Source of the DNA: Acanthaster planci
Taxonomy: Eukaryota
Assembly (NCBI RefSeq): GCF_001949145.1
Contig: NW_019091359.1
Coordinates: forward strand, 338,021-402,020
Direction of reading: 5' to 3'
Length of the DNA: 64,000 nucleotides
The notes under the pieces were generated by a model. The model did not search any database and was not told where the DNA came from. It was given only the letters and a program-made list of their open reading frames with translations. The position numbers and the translations under genes are program-made. Shown here in pieces: positions 13,461 to 24,636 of the stretch. Every line of letters begins with the position of its first letter. The first letter of the stretch is position 1.

Positions 13461-16400
13461 GTAAACTCACCTCGACTGTATGATACCCCGACGAATCAAA
13501 TAATACGCACATAGTGAAAGGTAGATTCAAGTTCGGCCTGTGCTCTGAGTGACCTTCAGTTCATTTTGTTTGCTAAGCCTGGAAAGGCTTTTTGCTTGTT
13601 AGCTTGATGAGATAGATGCTGCCATCAGTTTTTCGGTTTCCTTGGTGATCAAATTAACCCCTCTCCTCACGATGTACATATTTTCCCCCAATCTTTGCCT
13701 TTTTTTCCGTGGCGAAAATTCCTTTTAGGTGATGAAATTAATGGCCTTGTCTGGCTTTCGCAGTTTCTCTTAATTAGGGTACCCCGGTAGAAAATTAATG
13801 CCTCCGACGAATTGCGTGGTGCAATAGAAGCCACGTGATGCCGATATCGGATTCTGTTCGGGTCGAAGAACTTCATGGAACTAAATGAATCACTCATTTG
13901 CGGGCTTTTCGCCGCTTTTTTCTTGCTGCGTGACTCGTCTTTCGAGACGATTGGCATAATCTTTGTCACCCGAAACCAGCCACAAATCAAATCTTATACT
14001 AAAGGTATTTTCACTCTCTGTTTTTCGTAAATCGGCCTACGCAAGAACAGAGTTTTTATGCATTTTTCTCTTGGATGGAGAGTCTGAATATTGATCAACT
14101 GCAAAGAAAAAGCAGGAAGGGAGACTGTTTACTTGATGGGCTGTGTAGGAGAGGATGTTATTTATTCGCAATTAGTCCAAGCTTCATGTTAAGCTGTCCT
14201 GCCAACCCAAGTCCGAATAGTAAGGAGAAATGCGTGGGTTTTCTGGCATTAATTTAATACCCATATTAGCTTTGGGGTCCTTGCATGCATATTATGATAA
14301 CGGCTCCGTGAGTGACAGGCGAATATTAAACAGTTTATTAGTAGTTTTACTAGCAATTTTCCTGTTTATGCTTGGCACGAGGGAGACTGTGTATATTTTT
14401 CCTTGGGGAGACATGGCCCTATCGCTCTGTCTCGTAAATCATCAACCTCTCGTTTGTCTCCGTTGAGTTTCTTCTGACCATTCTCCCTCTTCTCCAAAAA
14501 CTCATCTTCTGCGGTGAGCTGTTGTGAAATCTATCACTTAGAGGTGGCAAGTGAAGACTTCTGTGTGTGTATCTAAGAATTTGTATACACTTGACCGTGA
14601 GAGATGCGCTGGGGGCAGACAACGCCGACGCCCCTGGCGCGATAAATGCACTCATCTCTCATCGTTTGGCCGGCCTGTCTGCCTTCAGCAATACATCTAC
14701 CTCCTAGCCTGTACTCGCCATGTTTTTTTCCGTCTCTGTATTCATTTGACACTGATGAAGTCTGGCTCAAGCTCCGGTGATCGTCTTTTACTTTCATCCG
14801 ATCAAGTGTGTGTGGATTAAGGCTGCCAGAACGCATGCAAAATATATATGAATACAAAAAAGGCGTCTCGACGGCTGTTCAAGAAAAAGCGAAAAGCGCT
14901 CTTGCGTTACGAAACACAAAATCCGCTTTCTTGATGAACTTTCAAAGAATTCAGACTTTTTGTATCCACAAAACAGAGAATTATCGACATATTTTATTTA
15001 GTTTTCCTTTTCAAATAAAGATCAAGGAAAACAAACTGTCATCACATTGAGAATTTTTGTGTCTCCGAAACGTCTTATTTTAATGATGGTATCGTGTATT
15101 GTTGACATACCAAAATATGCGATCGTGTTTGTTCCAGGAGTTCGTTCCCATCACAGAATTGGCACATTGCACATCGGAGGGGCACTTTTTACAGTCTGAC
15201 GGCAGAGTCCAGCAATCCAGCAAAAACTGGGCCGTAAATCTTACCCTGATTGCCCGCTGGCGGCTGACTCACTTGCCCTTCCCCGAGACTTTGCCCGCGT
15301 TTGGCCCCGCCACTCCAGTCTGGTCGATACTCGGTATTAATTTGGGATGTTTTGTTTGTGTTTCAGGGAAACATTGGGGAGGTGGCAATTACACGCGGTA
15401 AATCTTCGGGCCAAATCAAAATCATCTTTCATTTCTAAGCTGCAGTTTTTTTTTAGGGTTTAAAACTGTCCTTCTCTCTGCACGCCTGGAGAAAAAAAAG
15501 ACATCATGCATGCTGGTATTCTGCCATGCGAGAATTCATCCCGCAGTCTAATGAAGTATGAACAATGCCGCACAACGGACATCAGCTGTTCCTTTGTTTG
15601 TTGCAATCGCATCGATCATCGCGTTGGCTCCGATGGCCGCCAACAAATGTGCTTTTGCTGTTTTTGTGATAAATATCTTGTCAATATCGACATTTTCTCT
15701 GCCTAAAAAAAAAGCAGCCCCTGATCAGTAATATTTTAAACTGTTCTTTTTTTGTTGAATTTTGAGCAAATACAATTAATTAAACACTGCATTTGACCGT
15801 GGCTGTTGCGGGTTGCTTTCAAGCCAGCCGGCCGATTAATGCGGGGTAAAAAAGTGTCAATAATGAAACTGTCGCCAGAAAGAGGTAAATAATTAAACAT
15901 GCCTGGTCGGGTGGTAGCTAAAGGTGGGTGCGTCACCTTGTGCAGCCTACTTTTTAAAATTATTTTCATAAAGAACTTTGGTTATGGTAAATATTAACCT
16001 AAATATCTAGTCACAGTGTACGAGTAGCATTTTGGGCATTCACAATTCATTTTGATATAGGCGTCGCACCTCCATTTATAGTTGGGGGACAGTGCGTGCA
16101 TAAAAAGGATCCTGACTATCCTAATAGTAAACCCAGATGTTGTAGGGTGTGCAGTCATATCTTATGCTTGGTTGGGTTCCCTGCCTCTGGAACCGGCTGT
16201 CACCCTGTCAAGGTCAAAATATTGCGCGCTCAGCTTGTTCAAACTCGCTGGCGCCAGTCGGATTCCATGTGTAGTCGCCCTCAACAGCAAGCCCTTTACA
16301 GGAAATACATACGAAGGACCGTGCAGTTAATTAGCGAAAATGGCGTGAAGCCTCTTAAGTATTTTGTTGACTGGTGTTTTTTGTTCGTCATTTTTTTTAT

Positions 16401-17285
16401 AGCGGGGGAGGATAATACAAGAACGGTGGAATCATGGTGGAATCGACCCTGCAGTAGGAATCATTTTGCAGTTTGTGGATTCTGCAGCCTATGATCTTGA
16501 TTAATTTTAATTGATAAATTCCCAGCGCGTGTCCCACACAGTAGGACAGATAATGCGTGAACGAAATGAACAGAAAGGATTAGTCATCGTTGCTGAGACA
16601 GGCCAATGATTTCTGGAGCTTTTATGTACATATACTTGGTTTTTCGTGAATTATTTTGTTCGCATTTCCTTGTTTTGTGTTTTTCCCTTGTACATTCTTT
16701 ACTGAACAACTTTTTCAATTGGTGACTTATGATTGAATGTTTATTGAAACAGTGCTTCTGTCATCGCTATTTCCTGTGTATCTTGCTTTGTTTGGTATGG
16801 CTTGTTTGATCGTTTCTTGGGGAATTTAACCGCGTGTATATATAGTTGTTTTGTTGATGGTGTGTCCCAACACTGTCGCCTGTTCTAATGCATTTTGTAT
16901 GCTAGGTTATGGTGCTGGAAGTTAACTGCAATTTCACATTAGGCATGTAGATTCTAAAACAACATGTATGTAAATACAATTACGTGTTATTCGGTTACGA
17001 TGATGATAGGTACAGATATCGCAGAGTGTTATTTCGAATAATGTATATTCCGGCATTCCACAAAGTGCAGCGGCGATGAGGCGGAAAGACACGTGCACTT
17101 TTGCAACAGTTTGTGATGGTCAATCTAGTAAAACAAGGGGGGCAGGAATGACATCTTCCGTGCGCCGCAAATGGAAAATAATGGACCGGGGCGTCAGGGC
17201 CGCCTGAACGGCTAAACGAGAAGCACATCTACTGCTCACGGGTCTGGTGTTGGACTTTCACGCCAAGGCGAGAACGGCCAATCTA

Positions 17286-17650
17286 CCTCAGCTAGCACCT
17301 GTGCACCTATCGGTCATGCGGCCAGCACCTTCCGTGCTGCTAGAAGGTGCCGCCTTCATTAAGGGGGTAACAAAAAATCGCTCCGTCCGGGCGCGAAACT
17401 GTGCGTCAGCGGTGTGCGTACCAGACTGCGGGAAGATGACTTGCCCGGCCGAGTGTGATGTGCCTGCCAGCGCGTTGCCAACCCTATCACCTACGAGGGT
17501 CCCTAGCGGGACCCGCCGAGGTGCCGTCGCCCGTCCCAAGTGTCTGGCAACAATCCCGCTGGTGAAAATCACTCCTCGTAATTAGCTGAGGAATCCATGC
17601 CTGCAGTCCCCGTGTAGCTGGGCTCTCCTATGACGGGGCAAAAGGCTGCA
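17286..17650 (+). ncRNA. Intronic multi-branch structured RNA domain candidate
   Basis: 10-bp closing stem 17286-17295/17582-17591 enclosing nested 5-8-bp stems, plus an adjacent hairpin 17602-17650. Confidence 0.45.
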
Positions 17651-20600
17651 TGGTTGTCTCTTTCCGGTAATCCCATTTCTGACACTAATGGAGGCGGTGC
17701 AGCCTCGTGTTGCGTGATCGAATCAGAAACCGCAAGGAGTCTCCCGCCGACTTCACGTGTTAAAACACTGTTTGCGCCCCGGCTGAGTAATAACTACGTC
17801 AATATTCAATTCACACTCATTTTTGGTGCCGAGATTCGATGTCTGTGCGCAACCCGGCCATTAACAGTTCATAAAAAGGCACCAACATTTCATCAGTCTT
17901 GTAGATATTTCTGTGTGCATGAAACCTGAGTCGGTCCCAGAATCCATGTCCAAGCTCAGTTCACACCTTGCCCCCTCCGACCAAACAGCAATTAAAAAGC
18001 AGAATCAAAGCCGACGTCATTGAATAATGCACGAGCGAGATGTTGATGAAAATTTCATCGCAATATCGTGAGTGGCGTCGCAATACGCATACGCTGTGTG
18101 CCTGTGTGGTTTAATAACCCAAGTCGATAGTATTTCAGGTTGTGTGACCGCAACTGACTCTTTAAACAACGACCCCCCCCCCATCCCTTGTCACTTACCC
18201 CGTGGGTAGGCAATCGGGTGTTGCGTGCCAAAATTACCCATTATTTACTGCGGGACGCCCACTTGTTTTTCACGCGAAAAGCCTCAAGCTTGGTACAAAC
18301 TTTGCGGAATGAAATTACTCACAATGCAGACAGTCACGGCAGTGACCCAAAGCTCACCACGCACCGAATTGCTTGTGTGAGCAAGAAAAGTTGTTTTGCC
18401 CGTTTCTGAAGCCCGCAGATCCCTCTGATCACCGTTCCAGAGAATTTGAATTGTTAATCATTTCCGGCAGTTCGCTCATTCATAAAGTGTTACATTTGAA
18501 TAGTGTTGATCACTAGTGAGCTTTTTTCGTTAGATCAACGATAAACATGCCGTTGCAGTTGGTAGATGGATGTAACCAAGTGATGTGTTCACCGGCGCAT
18601 TGCTCGAAGTGGCAAATCCATCCAGGACTACCTAGAAAATGTCTGACGTTCATGCATTAATGCTGTGATGCTTTTTATGCATTTAATTCAGCGTTTAAAA
18701 CTACCACCATGATGGTATGGTTCGAGAATTCAAGTAGGCCTGCATATGCTTGGCTTGTTAATATTCTCTAAACCTGGCATTTGATGCGGGCTGGGAAGGG
18801 ATTCCAAAGCCCTCAAAAGACTTGGTCCATGGAAATCCACCACCAGTGTGTGGAGGAAAATGGAGAAATGGCAATTACACGATTATGCCCAAGAAGATGT
18901 AGGCCTACTTGGTGAATAACGTAGTTATTGAAAAAAAAGGTGATCAAGGAAGTTATTTGTGTTTAAAAAAAACTGAAGCAGTGCTTTTTGTAAGCTGTTT
19001 GGAAAAAGGGCTTACAAACTCCATGTATGTATACCATAAAGTGAAACATACCTTTTTTACCAGATGAAAGCTTTGTTTAATATTTTGTTAATTTTTTCAA
19101 AACAGTCCTGTCAATGTAAATCTGTACAGTTATTTTCAGGTTTTTTTATTCATAACCCTTTGCCTTTTTATCCTATTCCCCCGTTTTTGTCATCGGCTGA
19201 CCGCTCACTACCCGTGCTGTCAGTTCGATTTTGACCTTTTTCGTCAATCGTCCATTCCCCGCTGCCATCCCACGGATGTCCGGTTCCGGTGTTGTCCCTT
19301 CGCCTGGTCCTGCCGCGGACTCGACTGTCGGGTCTCGCTGGCTCCAGCTCAGTCAACCGGCCCGACACCGGGAACAAAGAAAAACCGCTCACAGCTTGTA
19401 GTCACGTCGTCGGCTCTCTTTATTCATGCTTTGGCGCTCTCTGTGAAACGTACACAACTTTTTTTTGTCTGTTTGATAAGAATTATGTCTCATTTTGCGG
19501 GGGGGGTATAGCTGAACTAGTCAAACATAATGGGAATTTAATTGGGGAAAACCTGCCGCTTGGATGAGTTCAGTATGCGGTTGGTGGTATAGAACTCGGC
19601 AAGTAGTCGGTAAAGGTGTGTGGGAGTAAAGGAGATAGAGGTAACCAATTGTGAAAACCGGAAATTAATTATGCAATAGAATAGGCAAGGCCGGTTTAAC
19701 TCGAAGTGACCCATGGAGCATGACTCAGCAGTTTGTCTCTGCCTAAACTTTATTCCCCGTTTTGAGCTCCCTCTACCGTACCGCCATCGTAGTGCCGGAC
19801 GCCGCCGACATTCGTGATTGCCACAGAGTGCTTGAAGACTCGTCGCAAGAAGCAGAAATGAAGAGCACTAGTCCATTTCGGGGGGGGGGTTGTTGTTACC
19901 GGTAACTTGAGATCGGCAGCAATAATTTCGGATCGAGCAGCGGATCTAGCTGGCTCGTCTCGCTGGCTCATTGCGCTTTAGCCTACCCCTCGGGCAGGGG
20001 AACAAAGGCTGATCCCCCTAATACGTGGCGCCTCCTCCTCGTCCTCGTACTCGGTCGACAATCTGTCCCTCCCCTATTCGGAATGAGTTTGTTGGAATCA
20101 CCGAGGAGTCTGACCGGTAATACGTGTGGTAATACAAGCTCGTGTTGTCTGAACCCGGGATCGTTTTTAGGCGCGAGCGCCGGTTGGTTTCCGCGTTTCC
20201 GGCACGAGTGGGTCTCTACGGCGTCTATTTACGTCTGCTCACTGAACACTCTTTCACTGGGTCTTACGTCCCTCTCATCATTCTTCCCTCATCTTTTTTT
20301 TATTTTAAGTTGTTTCCCTTAAAAATGACATCGATTGATGCTGTCTCCGTTTCAAAACTTTCAACTTGATTTGCTTTTTTCAGTATTAATAAGGAAAGAT
20401 ATACCGCATCATGTACGTTTGGTATCGATACCAAAGCTTTCGATTCCTTACGATTTCAATTTCATAAAAATCGATGGGGAAACGCTTACTATAGTGCCTT
20501 CACTGTTTGAAAAAAAACCTGTTGACGTGCCTTGTACAATATTCATGCACTCTTACAACAGATACAAGTAGGCCCTACATGTATGCACGAGGACAGTATC

Positions 20601-20697
20601 TATACACTTAGCATATTTTCTATTCTGATTTTTTTTAGCCTCCTCTTTCCTTCGAATTAAGTGATTTCTAACCATCTCTTTTCATGTGTGTTAACAG

Positions 20698-20774
20698 GTC
20701 ACACAGCTCAAAATCGACAACAACCCATTCGCAAAAGGGTTCAGGGATCAAGGATCGGGCAAACGAGAGAAGAG
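20698..20774 (+). CDS. Tbx2/3: Tbx2/3 exon (end of T-box), 77 bp, phase 0/2
   Basis: taacag acceptor and AG|gtaagg donor. Encodes VTQLKIDNNPFAKGFRDQGSGKREKR: canonical T-box C-terminus plus the REKR(K) basic motif of Tbx2/3. Too short for the ORF track. Confidence 0.97.
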
Positions 20775-22402
20775 GTAAGGAGGTTCTTCTAAATACTGTT
20801 GACCTTTTTGTCGGACTCACTTGAAGAAAGTCGATTTGTGTCGCATGTAAGGCACATAGGCCCCCAGTAGTTTGAATGGTCACTATTTACCCTTGGCTAA
20901 TGCTTCACAGAGGATGAAGCTCATTTGAAGTGTTCCCATACTATTTCCAAAATCCTTCAGATACATCAAACGAAACAAATTGTAAACGTGCCTGATGAGA
21001 ACAAAGGACCACAGGTCCGCAGCACACCAGTGAAATTTCCGACATTTCCCCAGGGGCTTGCTTATACTCGGGGGGGGGGACTTGAACAGCACAACAGACA
21101 GAGGGTGCTTCTAATAAATCTGTGAAGGCCAGTTGGGTAGAAAAATGAACCCACAGAGCCGGTTTAATCGTCGTTGGTTTCGGTCCAGTGTGTCGTCACG
21201 CCTCGCTTGTGGTGTACTTTTCCCCTATCCGGCGTGGTCGACGTGCACTCCAGTCGTTGCTTGAAAAGAAGCAATTCTCCCAGAAAATAATTTATATGTA
21301 GGCCACGATGGGGTTATTACATTGTTTTCTCACGAATCGGCAATTTTAAAAATGCAGGGGTTGATTAACCTACAATGAGCTGAATTTATAGCTCATGCTT
21401 TAATGCAATTTTGCAGCCAAGGAATAGACGACAGTGGTTTCTTTGAGCTGAATTGTGCGTGTAAGGAAAGGATTATGGTGTTTGTGTAAGACAAATATGT
21501 TCACTCTACACGACTGTATATTTGCACATCTGTATAGCTGGTACATGCTGTGTACGGACGTTGTCGAAAACTGTTGAAGTGTTTTCCTTTCGGTGCATGA
21601 TATGCTGAAAAAAGTACAGAAAACCAAGAGCATGATGCCATACTTGTCAATTAACCTCTCACCCAGTAATTACGCTGTGTTTGCACAACACCATGTGCGG
21701 AAATATTTTCCAGATCATAAGTCTAGAAAACTCCATTTGTGAAACAGATGGGACCGATAGGTCGTTGTTTACCTTAGGGAAAAACTGTACCGACTGTAGA
21801 TAAACGGACTGTTAGAAAAGGCGAAGGCCTTACAGATAAGGGGCATTTCAAAACCATTTTGCCACCGTTTAATCTAATTAATTACGTTCAGTTAAAACAA
21901 GTGGCCGGAGAAAGACCAAAAATCTTTGCAGATGTTGAATCTACAGTAAGATAAAAAAAAAAAGGTCCAGATAACAAGCGTGCAAATGGTGGTTATCTCT
22001 GAGAAAATGGGTTTAGAGGTTGTGGGAACCTGGTAGATGTGGGTATTGCGCGTGGCCCCCCAATAAAGGCCAATTGGAAGTCTTTAGACAGTGTAAACGC
22101 AGTGCTGAATCGACGCCTTGTGCTGTATGGGGGTGATTTATAAAGAAAATCACCATTCGACATTGACAAAAGCTGTCATAAGATTTGCAATGACATGCCA
22201 CCTTAATGACGTCCTTTATTCAAAGAGATCATCTTAATACAACTAATTATGTACCATCTTAAATGCTAATCCTCAAAATGAAATCCTTATTAGTCCCATT
22301 TTCTTAATGACCCCATTGTCTGTTCGAAAATCCATTCACCGTGAATGCTGAAAGCCCAACGGCTGTTTTATGTCCGTTACCTTCCTTTGTCATTCTCCTC
22401 AG

Positions 22403-22521
22403 GAAATACACGTCAGCAAATTACGAGCTGGACCACAGGGACCCAGATGACGGGGCTAGCGATCAGGAGCCGGAGGCTGGCGAAGTCAGCACGACTAATT
22501 CCGAAAAGCACGAAGACAAAG
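22403..22521 (+). CDS. Tbx2/3: Tbx2/3 exon (acidic linker), 119 bp, phase 2/1
   Basis: cattctcctcag acceptor and AAAG|gtaaga donor. Phases match both neighbours; encodes KYTSANYELDHRDPDDGASDQEPEAGEVSTTNSEKHEDK. Confidence 0.88.
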
Positions 22522-23692
22522 GTAAGAGAGCTGGGACCGATTGGGAATAGGGACAGACTTCAAATATTTGCGGAAAATTAGTTTGCATTGAAACCCAAGT
22601 TACATGTACAACCATAATTTTTGCTTGCTCCATATATGTTTGGCATATCATCACTAGTAATAGGCCTAAACCTATTGTAGCAATGTCGTTGCGGCATTGC
22701 TGTAACAGAATTCACATTAAATTTTGAGGCACATATTCACAAAATCTAGTATTGAACTTCGTCACTCTAGTCTAAGAACATTACGCGGGAAGTCAACTTA
22801 TCGGGTGCACCTCGTTAGCGACCCCAAACGCACTGAGCCACGCACCAATTACGCAAATTAACCTCCACATCAGCTCGCCGCCGAATATCCGATTATTTCA
22901 TATCCGATTATTGAATAACCAGGCTCAAAAACACATCCAAATCTAAGCTCTGCCCCATTGCCCCATCTCCAATCCATTAGTGATTCACCCATTTACACCT
23001 GACAAGGTTGGGGATGGGGAAAAATCCCACTTTGGGTGTATTGTTTCATGGTGAGTGAGGAAATAATTCAGGATCCACTTTCACAGTTTGCAGCTCAACC
23101 TGATACAACGGGGCCCCGATTAAGAACGCTACAACTCAATTCACGTCAGAAGAGTTTTTTCCTTCTAATCAAGAATGTGAAAATTTCAAGGGAAATTTCT
23201 GAAAATTCTTAAAATTTGTTGCTGTCACCTCAAAGCTGTGACATGAGCATGGCACAGATAAAAGAGAAAAGAGCACGCACCAAGGTGGAAATTTGAAGAT
23301 TTGAATGAACAATGAAAATATATATACTACACGTATTTATAGTAAAGATCCCCGTGAAATACATCCTTACAAAACCTGAAAACGTTTTTCTTCTCAATTT
23401 TCGGAAAATTTTAACAAACTGCATTGGTTTAGTTGTATCAACCTTTTTTTTATTCGGTTTGCCTTTTTGACATGCAAAAATCAACAAGCATGCATAGCTT
23501 GACGATTTTCGAAACACTGTTATCGATTGTGACCCAGAAAAAAAACTTCATAAAGTGACCTTTTACCTTAAGTTCTCGAAAAATGGCGTTCGGTCTTGCA
23601 GTGAACTGATTACACAACCGCTTGCTGCTGGAGCGGGTTTCATTTTGATTTTGAGTGATAATTTGCCGATCCTTTCTTTATTCTGACTTCAG

Positions 23693-24636
23693 TTTTGTCA
23701 CATCACGAGAGAGATGTCGCTGCACGACTAGCCGCCGATCACGACGAGGTTACGGAGCTGCTTCGCCGTAGGGCAGAGAACGAGAGACGGTGCCATGAGA
23801 CAAAGCTGGAGGATGTGGAGATGAGGGATGTCAGCCGGGAAAAAATCCCCACCCTCGGGGAGAGACGCCCCCATGAGGACAGCGTGGGATTAGGAAGCAA
23901 ATCGGACACTGAGGATCGTATCACGGGTAGCCGGAAACCGGACAGCGGCAGGGACTCTGATAAAAGTGACTTGTCCTCGTCGTCAGGGCAGAAAGGGAGT
24001 GGGTCGCCCGGGTCCGTGCTAAACCCGTTCCACGCGGCAGCCACGGGGCACGGCCCGCACCCGCCCGTGGTCACGCCGGTCTACCCGACGCCGCATCCAT
24101 TTTTCCTCCACCCTCAGATGGCCCTTCCAGGTAGTGTAGCCAACCTGGGTGCCATGTCTCACATGATTCCCTTCGTGTCACAGTCGTCTGGTTCCTATTC
24201 ACCATCATCACATCACTGTCTAGACGTTCATTCGGCGTTTGCCCTGAGCGCTCACCAGAGCCTCTTGGCCTCACAATCCAGTCTGGCCGCGTCTGGTTTT
24301 GGACTCTACTCAGACCCCTCAGCGTTGAGCCAGGCCTACGCGAGCAATGCCTGCACCGGTGCAATATTCAGCGGTCACCCGCGATTCAGGTTTTCGCCCT
24401 ACGCCTTGCCGGCTACCAGTACGACCATGGTGACCACAGCTAGCCCATTGGCCAGCACGCTGCCCTACGAAAACTCGCTCCACTCCTCTACTTTACTTGG
24501 ACACTCGGCCAATTCACCTACAATTAGCGCCTCCAAGGGCTCCACGAGCCCCAGCGCCTCAGTAGTAAGCTCGGCAGCCAGTGAGCTCCAGAGTATACAG
24601 AGGATGGTCAGTGGGCTCGAAAAAGAGCCCAAGTGA
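23693..24636 (+). CDS. Tbx2/3: Tbx2/3 terminal coding exon (C-terminal regulatory region), stop TGA 24634-24636
   Basis: tctgacttcag acceptor, phase 1 joins the 313-codon ORF. Contains HPFFLHP, LLASQ, HPRFRFSPY and ASELQSIQRMVSGLE, resembling vertebrate TBX2/3 motifs (HPLFLHP, VLASQ, RPRLR[YF]SPY, ELQSIQRLVSGLE). Confidence 0.95.
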
